Program-made: the position numbers and the translations under genes
Assembly (NCBI GenBank): GCA_030428825.1
Contig: JAUIEL010000002.1
Location: 1 to 33,913, forward strand
Length of the DNA stretch: 33,913 bases
Origin: a bacterium
Lineage (GTDB): Bacteria; Planctomycetota; B15-G4; JADJEK01
Direction of reading: 5' to 3'
Notes under the pieces: generated by a model
What the model saw: the letters and a program-made list of their open reading frames with translations, nothing else
Told to the model about the DNA's origin: nothing
Database searches by the model: none
Part shown: piece after piece, positions 23,582-30,514 of the stretch
Layout: each line of letters begins with the position of its first letter
How positions within the stretch are numbered: position 1 is the stretch's first letter

Positions 23582-24798
23582 TCGAGCGCTCCCGCGAGCG
23601 ACTCGACCAGCCGGTCGACGTCGGCGACGGCCGTGGAACAGAGGGCGATCCGGACCGCGCCGTCGATCGGGACCACGAAGACGCCGTCGTCCCGCATGCG
23701 CGCGGCCGTCCGCGCGCCGTCGGCGCACGGCACCGCGACGAAGAACCCGCCCTCGTACCGCGGGTGCCGGACCCCGCGGGCCGCGGCGGCGTCCCGGAAG
23801 GCGGCGACGCGCGCGTCGAGCAGGTCGACGAGCTCCGTCCGCTCCTCCTCGGTCCGCGCGCGCTTCGTCGGGTCCGCGAGCAGCTCTCCGACGACGAGCT
23901 GGCCGAGGTGGTTGCAGTTCGACCAGGTGCCGCGGCAGGCGACGGAGAGGAGCGCCGCGACCGCCTCCCGCGTCGCCGCGTCCTCGGCGACGGCGATCAG
24001 GGCGCCGACGCGGGCGCCGTACTGCGTGAACGCCTTCGAGGCGGTCCACGCCACCAGGACGACCGCTCGGTCGAGCATGCTCGCGACGGGCGCGCGCCAG
24101 CTCCGGGCCCGCGCGCCGCCGAACGCGGCGTACGCGAGGTCGATCACCACGGTCACCGGCGCCCGCCGGCCGGCCTCGCGGACCGCGTCCGCCACCGCCC
24201 GCCACTCCTCGTCGTCGAGGGAGTAGCCGGTCGGGTTGTGGCACGGGAAGTTCAGGACGACCAGCGCCCGCCCCTGCTCGTCGATCGAGCGCGCGAGCGC
24301 CGCGCCGAACGCGGCCGCGTCGAACCGGAGCCGGTCGTCGAACGTCTCGAAGGTCCGGACGGCGCGGCCGGCGTGCGTCGCCATCGTCTCGTACGGGCCC
24401 CAGTAGTGGCGGCTCGTCAGGAGGTGCTGACCCGGCGCGAGGAAGTTCGAGACGGCGAGGTGGAGCGCGCCGCTCCCGCCCGGCGTGGCCACGGCCGTCG
24501 CCGCCCCCGCGAGCGCGCCGTCGCCGAGCGCGTCGAGCGTCGCCTGTCGGAGGAAGGTCGGGTCGCCGGCGATCGGGGCGTAGCCGGCGGCGCGTTCGAC
24601 CGGCGCCTCGCGCAGCGCCTCGACGACCGACGGGAGGACCGCGAGCCTCCCGTCGTCGTGGATCAGGGCGCCGAGGGTGGCGTTGACGATCGACTCGCCG
24701 GCGGCCGCGCGACGCCTCGCCTCCGCGTTCAGCGCGAAGATCGGGTCGTCGGCGCCGGGCGGCACGTCGCGGGCGAGGACGCGGTGGGGGTCGCTCAT
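23578..24798 (-). CDS. class-I pyridoxal-phosphate aminotransferase (aspartate/aromatic AspC/TyrB-like)
   Basis: I chose the internal ATG at 24798. Motifs: YAPIAGDP, TPGGSGAL, NFPCHNPTGYSL, and the PLP-lysine block ASKAFTQYGARVGAL. Confidence 0.9.
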   Translation of the reverse strand: MSDPHRVLARDVPPGADDPIFALNAEARRRAAAGESIVNATLGALIHDDGRLAVLPSVVEALREAPVERAAGYAPIAGDPTFLRQATLDALGDGALAGAATAVATPGGSGALHLAVSNFLAPGQHLLTSRHYWGPYETMATHAGRAVRTFETFDDRLRFDAAAFGAALARSIDEQGRALVVLNFPCHNPTGYSLDDEEWRAVADAVREAGRRAPVTVVIDLAYAAFGGARARSWRAPVASMLDRAVVLVAWTASKAFTQYGARVGALIAVAEDAATREAVAALLSVACRGTWSNCNHLGQLVVGELLADPTKRARTEEERTELVDLLDARVAAFRDAAAARGVRHPRYEGGFFVAVPCADGARTAARMRDDGVFVVPIDGAVRIALCSTAVADVDRLVESLAGALE

Positions 24799-24837
24799 GG
24801 CGCGATCGTACGGCGGCCGCCGGCCGGCCCGATTCAC

Positions 24838-24853
24838 CAACTAATTTCTTAGT
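24838..24853. promoter_or_regulatory. AT-rich candidate operator/promoter patch upstream of the blaI-like gene
   Basis: CAACTAATTTCTTAGT contains the small palindrome ACTAA-TTTC-TTAGT. It is the most AT-rich stretch I noticed in the window, and it lies in the divergent spacer 24799..24926. Confidence 0.35.
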
Positions 24854-24926
24854 ATTCAGCCCAACCGGGACGGGGGAGGAACGTTCTCCTCTCCGGCGCC
24901 CGCGCGCGCCCCGAAGGAGGATCCCC

Positions 24927-25340
24927 TTGCCGCGACGTCCGACTCCGACGCTCACCGAGGCCGAGCAGCGCCTGATGGAGGTGGTCTGGGCTCGCGGGAG
25001 CGCGACGGTCCAGGACGTCGTCGACGCGCTCTCCGGGCCGGACGCGCCGGTCTACAACACGGTCCTGACCACGCTCCGGATCCTCGAGAGGAAGGGGTAC
25101 CTCCGTCACACCCAGCGCGGCCGGGCCTTCGTCTACCACCCGCGGGTCGACCGGGCGCAGGCGCGACGCCGGGCGCTCTCCGACCTCGTGCGGCGGTTCT
25201 TCGGCGGCTCGAACCGCGAGCTGGCGCTGGAGCTGTTCGAGGAGGGGGACGTCGACCTCGCCGAGCTCGAGGAGCTTCGCGCCGAGCTCGACCGAGACGA
25301 GGACGGCGGCGGGCCGGACGGCGAGGGGGCGGATCGGTGA
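24927..25340 (+). CDS. BlaI/MecI/CopY-family transcriptional repressor
   Basis: TTG start with GAAGGAGG 6 nt upstream. LTEAEQRLMEVVWARGSATVQDVVDAL...YNTVLTTLRILERKGYLRHTQRGRAFVYHP is the classic Penicillinase_R winged helix. Confidence 0.85.
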   Translation: MPRRPTPTLTEAEQRLMEVVWARGSATVQDVVDALSGPDAPVYNTVLTTLRILERKGYLRHTQRGRAFVYHPRVDRAQARRRALSDLVRRFFGGSNRELALELFEEGDVDLAELEELRAELDRDEDGGGPDGEGADR

Positions 25341-26776
25341 TCGTGACGCTCGACGCGATGGCGCGGACGTTCGCGGGGCTCGGGGCGTCGCTCCTCCTCG
25401 GCGGCGCGGTCGTGACCGGGCTGGCGCTCCTGGCGACGAGGTTGCCGTTCGCGCGGGACGCCGGGGCACGGTGCGCGATCTGGGGGACGGCGATCGCGCT
25501 CGGGCTCGCCGCGCCGGCGGTGCTCGGGCGGGTCGACCTGCGAGGGGCGGACGACGCGTCGGTGGTCCACTTGCATGTCGATCTGGAGGACGAGGTGGAC
25601 GGCGTCGGGACGCGGCGTCGCGTCGTCCGCGAGTCGTCGCCGACCGCCGCGACGCGGGGCGGCCCCTCGGGCGCGCCGCGCGTCGTCGAGTGGCCGGTGG
25701 ACGATCCCGTCGGGCCGCGCGCCATCCTCGCGATCGCGGCGATCTGGGCGGCGTTCGGGACGGCCCGGCTGATCCGGCGGTTCCGACTCCTCCTGCGCGA
25801 CCGCCGTGAAGCCCTCCCGGCCGGAGCGGCGTTGACGTCGCGCGTCCGATCACTCGCGCGCCGGGCCGGCGTGACGAGGCGGGTCGGGGTCGCGGTCGTC
25901 GATCGGGTCGGCTCGCCGCGCCTCGTCCTCGGGGGACGTCCGATCCTCCTCCTCCCCCGCGCGCTCGCGGACGCGCCGCGCGACGAGCTCGACGCGATCC
26001 TGCTCCACGAGCTCGCGCACGCCGCGCGGTACGACGACGTGCAGTGTCTGGTCGTGGAGATCCTCCGCGCGCTCCTCCCGTTCGACCTGCCGCTCCGCCT
26101 CGCGGCGCGCCGGCTCGACGACGAACGGGAGATCGCGTGCGACGACTTCGCGGCCCGCGCGCTCGGGAGCGGCCGGCCGCTGGCGCGCGCCCTCACGGCC
26201 GCCGCGCGGCCGGTCGCCCTGCGACACGCGCCGGCGCCGCACGCGACCACGACCCCCGGCCGGCTCGCCCGGCGGGTGCGGCGCCTCGCCCGGCTCGAGT
26301 TCGTGACGGGAGGCGGGGCGGCGGCGCGGCGGGGCGTGACCCTGCTGTTCGTCGTCGCGTCCCTCGGCGCGCTCGGATCGATCCCCGGCGTCGAGTTCGC
26401 GCCCGCCGACGGCCGGGCCGCGGCGACCGATCGCCACGTCCTCCGGTACGCGCTGGAGGATCCCGGCGTCCGGATCGCGATCGAGGGGGGGTGGTTCGGC
26501 GTCGGCGCGGCGCTCCGCGGCGGGTTGTCGATCGACGACCGCTCCGGCGAAGCGCCCTGGCGGCTCGAGCTGCGGGCCGTGCCGGGCGAGGGGATCGCGC
26601 GGCGGGTCGTCGACGACGGGACCGTCGTCCCGCTCGGGCTCGCCGAACGTCGTCGACTCGACCGGGTGCTCGCGGCGGTCGCCGCCGACGTGCGGACCAC
26701 GCCGTCCGGCGGACGCTTCCTCGCGGGGCTCGCCGCCTGGGGGCTCGAGCCGCCGCCCGCCCCTCCGTCGGACTGA
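25337..26776 (+). CDS. BlaR1/MecR1-like M56 membrane metalloprotease (signal transducer) with an unrecognised C-terminal extracytoplasmic domain
   Basis: The GTG overlaps the blaI-like stop (GTGA). N-terminal TM helices. Zinc site LLHELAHAARYDD followed by EREIACDDFAA. A late TM helix (VTLLFVVASLGALGSI) is followed by about 130 aa with no SxxK or other PBP motif. Confidence 0.85.
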   Translation: MIVTLDAMARTFAGLGASLLLGGAVVTGLALLATRLPFARDAGARCAIWGTAIALGLAAPAVLGRVDLRGADDASVVHLHVDLEDEVDGVGTRRRVVRESSPTAATRGGPSGAPRVVEWPVDDPVGPRAILAIAAIWAAFGTARLIRRFRLLLRDRREALPAGAALTSRVRSLARRAGVTRRVGVAVVDRVGSPRLVLGGRPILLLPRALADAPRDELDAILLHELAHAARYDDVQCLVVEILRALLPFDLPLRLAARRLDDEREIACDDFAARALGSGRPLARALTAAARPVALRHAPAPHATTTPGRLARRVRRLARLEFVTGGGAAARRGVTLLFVVASLGALGSIPGVEFAPADGRAAATDRHVLRYALEDPGVRIAIEGGWFGVGAALRGGLSIDDRSGEAPWRLELRAVPGEGIARRVVDDGTVVPLGLAERRRLDRVLAAVAADVRTTPSGGRFLAGLAAWGLEPPPAPPSD

Positions 26777-26847
26777 ACTCCCGGGTTCCGCCTCGTTCCC
26801 GTTCCCCGTTCCGCCTCGCACGCACTCTTCAACTAAGGAAATAAGAG

Positions 26848-28603
26848 ATGATCCGCACCGCCCTCGCGTCGCTCCTCCTCGTCCTCCTCTCGTCGTCGGC
26901 GGCCGGATCCGCGGCGGCGGCCCCCGCGCCCGACGTCCCGGACGGCACCGTGGTGGCCGGGCCGATCGGCGAGCGGCTCGACGCCTGGTTCTCCCGGCTC
27001 GTCCCGCTCGGCTACTCGGGCGGCGTCGTGGCGTAGCCGGGACGGCGAGGTCCTCCTGCTGAAGGGGTACGGCCTCGCCGACCGGGAGGAAGGCGTCCCG
27101 TTCACCCCGGACACCCGGTTCACCATCGGGTCGATCACGAAGCCGCTGACCGCGATCGCGATCGAACGGCTCCAGACGATGGGGAAGCTCGCGACCGACG
27201 ACTTCGTCTCCGACCACGTCGAGGGCGTCCCGGAGGACCGCGAGGCGTGGACGCTGCACGACCTGCTGACGCACACCGCCGGCCTCCCCCCCGTGTCGGG
27301 AGCGGACTACGAGGCGTGCGGCCGGGACGAGCTGATCCGAATCGCGCTCTCCACCGAGCTCCGGTCGCCGCCCGGGCGGGAGTACGCGTACAGCAACGTC
27401 GGCTTCTCCCTCCTCGCCGCGATCGTCGAACTCCGTTCGGGGAAGACGTACGAGGAGTTCACGCAGGAGACGATCTTCCGCCCGGCGGGGATGACGCGGA
27501 CCGGCTACCGGCTGGACGGCGTCCCGCCGGAGGAGGTCGCGCACGGCTATCTCGGCGAGGAGAGCTGGGGCACGGTGCTCGACCGGCACTGGACGAAGGA
27601 CGGCCCGTCGTGGCACCTGCTGGGGAACGGAGGGACCCACTCGACCCTGCGCGACATGCTCCGCTTCCACCTCGCGCTCCTCGACGACACGATCGTCAAC
27701 GACGAGGAGAAGGAGGAGCTGTTCTTCCCGTACGTCGACGAGGGGGGCGGCGACTCGTTCTACGGCCACGGCTGGACGATCCGCGAGACCGACCGGGGGA
27801 CGACGGACGTCTGGCACAGCGGGGGGAACCCTTACTTCCGGAACCAGATGCACCGGTACGTCGACGAGGGGGCGTTCCTCTACCTCCACACGAACGACGG
27901 GGCGTGGACGGCGGGGCCGCTCCTCGCGCCGGCGGAGGAGATGCTGTTCGGAGGGGAGCCGCCGGCGCCGCCCGAGGTCGTCCCGCTGGAGGAGGCCGAG
28001 CTCGACGCGTTGGCGGGGACGTACCTCCTCGACGGAGAGGCGTCGTTCGAGGTCGAGCGCGTCGGCCGGGCGCTCCGGGTCGTCGCGGAGGGGGAGCGCG
28101 CGTACGGGCTGCTCCACGGTGCGGCGGACGACGAGCTCGAGCGGCGGCGCGCCCGGAGCGAGGCCGCGGAGGAGCGGGTCCGGGAGGCGTTGTTCGGCGA
28201 CGACGCGTCCGGGTTCCTGGCGAGGAACCTCCGTCGGCTCGCCGACGAGGAGGGGCCGTTCGACGGGGTCCGCGCGCTCGGGACCGTCCCGCTCGACGTC
28301 GAGCTGGACGGATTCCCGTCCGACACGGAGATGACGCCGGTGGCGCTGCGTCGGAGCGGCGGCGAGGTCACGGTCCTCGTGCTCTGGGTCGACGGCTCCG
28401 TGGGCGGGCTCGACCTCCGGGAGTCGTACCGTCCGGCGCCGCTCGTCCATTCGATCGGGGACGGTCGGTTCGAGTCGTTCGTACCGGGGGAGGCGCGCCG
28501 GACGGTCGTCCGGTTCGTGCGTGGAGAGGGCGGGGGCGCGGTGACGTTGAGCGTCGAGGGGGCGCCGGCGGGAGAGGGAGCGCGCGCCGTCCGGCGGGGA
28601 TGA
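26848..28603 (+). pseudogene. class-C beta-lactamase/serine-hydrolase family gene interrupted by a 1-nt frameshift (or an assembly error)
   Basis: The signal peptide and first strand (..GYSGGVVA) are in frame 1 and hit TAG at 27034-27036. The continuation SRDGEVLLLKGYGLADREEGVPFTPDTRFTIGSITKPLTA.. (catalytic SxxK = SITK) runs in frame 2 to 28603. Frame 2 has no ATG/GTG/TTG between its upstream stop (26849) and SITK. The first in-frame ATG (27179) lies after the catalytic serine. Confidence 0.7.
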
Positions 28604-28611
28604 CGCGTCGG

Positions 28612-28648
28612 GCGGGAGGGGCGTCGCCGTCTCGGCCGCCCCTCCCGC
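28612..28648. terminator. bidirectional hairpin terminator between convergent genes
   Basis: GCGGGAGGGGCG (28612-28623) pairs perfectly with CGCCCCTCCCGC (28637-28648), with a 13-nt loop. It lies between the stops at 28603(+) and 28656(-). Confidence 0.55.
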
Positions 28649-28655
28649 GGGCGGA

Positions 28656-29063
28656 TCAGTGCGAGATGGTCGGCTCCATCTGCTTCGCGGCCTCGATCCA
28701 GCCGGTGATCAGCGACTCGGTCGGCGCGGTCCCGGAGAGGTTCTTCGCCTCGTTCACCTCGACCATCTTCGCGGTCAGGTTCGTCGCGTTGCGGGTCCGG
28801 AGCTCCTTCACGGTGTCGACGCCGGCCGCCTCGAGCAGCTCGGCGAACTGCGGGCCGATGCCGGAGATCCGCATCAGGTCGGCGTGGTTCGCCCAGCGGA
28901 GCAGCAGCTTCTCCGGGATGCCCGTCTGCTCGGCGGCGTTCTTGCGCCCCTTGGCGTCGCAGCAGTTCTTCAGGAAGTCGTCGGTCGTCTTGATGTTCGC
29001 CGCGGCGAGCTTCTCGCCGTACGACGGGCCGATGCCCTCGATCTCCTCGATCTTGTAGGTCAT
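28656..29063 (-). CDS. DUF4332 (helix-hairpin-helix) domain protein
   Basis: MTYKIEEIEGIGPSYGEKLAAANIKTTDDFL...LMRISGIGPQFAELLEAAGVDTVKELR contains two GIGP helix-hairpin-helix units typical of DUF4332. GAGGA lies upstream of the ATG. Confidence 0.85.
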   Translation of the reverse strand: MTYKIEEIEGIGPSYGEKLAAANIKTTDDFLKNCCDAKGRKNAAEQTGIPEKLLLRWANHADLMRISGIGPQFAELLEAAGVDTVKELRTRNATNLTAKMVEVNEAKNLSGTAPTESLITGWIEAAKQMEPTISH

Positions 29064-29199
29064 GTCGTGATCCTCGCGGTAGCCGGGTTCGATGGAATGT
29101 CGCTTGTACGAGCCGGTCGTGCGCCGGCCGGCGGCAACGCGCAGATTACCGCGCCGGGGATCGAACCGGAACGGCGAGTCCGCCGGCGCCCGACGTCGC

Positions 29200-29230
29200 G
29201 GCCCGGCGAGGCGGATCGCCTCGCCGGGCC
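29200..29230 (-). terminator. hairpin terminator downstream of the MFS gene
   Basis: GGCCCGGCGAGGCG-GAT-CGCCTCGCCGGGCC has perfect 14-nt arms. On the minus strand it begins 10 nt after the MFS stop codon (29241-29243). Confidence 0.55.
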
Positions 29231-29240
29231 GGGCGCCGCC

Positions 29241-30458
29241 TCATCGGTCGGCGGGGGCGGCGGCGGACTCGGCGCGGTCGACCCGGCGGGCCAGGGCGAG
29301 GTAGAGGATCGCGACGACCACGCCCGCGACTCCGCAGCCGTGCCACAGCGCCTCGGGGCCGAGGCGGTCGTAGACGAGGCCGCCGAGCTCGGGGGCGGCG
29401 ACGAGGCTCCCCGAGAAGACGAGGGCGTAGAGCGCCATCGCGCGCCCCCGGAATCGCGGGGCGGCGCGCCCGGCGAGGAAGCCGCCGAGGAGCGGCGCGT
29501 CGAGCATCTCCCCGACGGTGACGACGATCATCGCGAGCGCGCCGAACGCGAAGGTCGATCCGTGCGGGAGGAGCGCGAACCCGCCGCCGGTGAAGAGCGC
29601 GGCGAGGGCCACGATCCGGAGCGGGTTCGGGCGTTGGACGCGGTGGACCAGCACCATCTCGAACAGGGTGATCACGAGCGGGTTGATCGCGAACAGGAGG
29701 CCGATCGCGTCCTCGCGCAGGCGGTACGTCTCACGGAGATACGGCGGGAGGGTGCTCATCGTCTGCATGAAGATGCAGGCGACCACGAACGCCGCGCCGA
29801 GGCAGGCGAGGAAGACGCCGTCGCGCCACGGACCGCGGCCGCTCCGGGCGGCGGCCTCGTCGTCGTCCTCGGTCGTCGGCGAGCGACCGGCGAAGAACGC
29901 GAGGAAGAGGGCCGCCGCGGCGAGGCAGGTCGCGCCGTCGACCACGAACAGCCAGGCGTAGTCGATCCGCGCGAGGACGCCGCCGACCGCCGGGGCGATC
30001 GTCATCCCGACGTTGATGGCCAGCCGGTTCAGCGCGAACGCGCGCATGAGGCGGTCCGGCGGCGCGATCGCCGTGAGGAGCGCGGCGTTCGCGGGACGGA
30101 ACGCGTCGCCGATCAGTCCGAGCAGGAACGCGAGCGCCCCGATCGCCGAAGGGGACTCGCACCGTCCGAGCAGGAACAGGACGATCCCCCCGGCCGCGAG
30201 ACTGGAGGCCTGCACCCGCACCGGCCCGATCCGGTCGGTGAGGTGTCCGCCGACGACCGTCCCGACGACCGAACCGACCCCGAACAGCGAGAGGAGGCGC
30301 GCCGCCTCCGGGACCGAGAAGTCGCGCCGTTCCGTCAGCCAGAGCGCGAGGAACGGGAGGACCATCGTCCCCGCGCGGTTGACGAGCGCGACGGCGGAGA
30401 GGAGCCAGACGTCGCGCGGCAGCCCCGCGAACGCCTCCCGATACGCGCGGAGGACCAT
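29241..30458 (-). CDS. MFS transporter
   Basis: About 12 hydrophobic helices. MFS motif A-like GGHLTDRIGPVR between TM2 and TM3. 405 aa. Confidence 0.85.
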   Translation of the reverse strand: MVLRAYREAFAGLPRDVWLLSAVALVNRAGTMVLPFLALWLTERRDFSVPEAARLLSLFGVGSVVGTVVGGHLTDRIGPVRVQASSLAAGGIVLFLLGRCESPSAIGALAFLLGLIGDAFRPANAALLTAIAPPDRLMRAFALNRLAINVGMTIAPAVGGVLARIDYAWLFVVDGATCLAAAALFLAFFAGRSPTTEDDDEAAARSGRGPWRDGVFLACLGAAFVVACIFMQTMSTLPPYLRETYRLREDAIGLLFAINPLVITLFEMVLVHRVQRPNPLRIVALAALFTGGGFALLPHGSTFAFGALAMIVVTVGEMLDAPLLGGFLAGRAAPRFRGRAMALYALVFSGSLVAAPELGGLVYDRLGPEALWHGCGVAGVVVAILYLALARRVDRAESAAAPADR

Positions 30459-30514
30459 GCGGCGAGACGCTACCCGGCGCCGGGCCGCGCGTCACCGTTC
30501 GCCTCGACGCCGCT

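Noticed and set aside
26848-27036. A stand-alone 62-aa secreted peptide gene downstream of the BlaR1-like gene.
   Set aside because: It is the signal peptide and first beta-strand of the serine hydrolase. A 1-nt frame change at about 27034 joins it to the 27035..28603 frame, so it is better explained as one frameshifted gene.
27028-27040. Programmed +1 ribosomal frameshift at GCG-TAG (prfB-like).
   Set aside because: - The P-site codon GCG cannot re-pair in the +1 frame (CGU).
- There is no slippery run and no appropriately spaced internal Shine-Dalgarno sequence.
- A mutation or an assembly indel is the simpler explanation.
29083-29170. tRNA-like T-arm sequences: GGGTTCGAT on the + strand at about 29085, and GGTTCGATCCCC on the - strand at about 29157-29168. 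These might suggest a tRNA gene or an integrase att remnant.
   Set aside because: - Attempted folding gives a T-stem with an internal mismatch.
- There is no 7-nt anticodon loop, no acceptor stem and no CCA context.
- No integrase or other mobile-element gene is nearby.
- This is more likely part of the promoter or 5' leader of the DUF4332 gene.
30473-30484. The GC palindrome CCCGGCGCCGGG downstream of the GT39 gene, considered as a terminator.
   Set aside because: It is a perfect 12-nt palindrome with no loop, so it cannot form a stable hairpin of useful length. Such GC palindromes are frequent by chance at this base composition.
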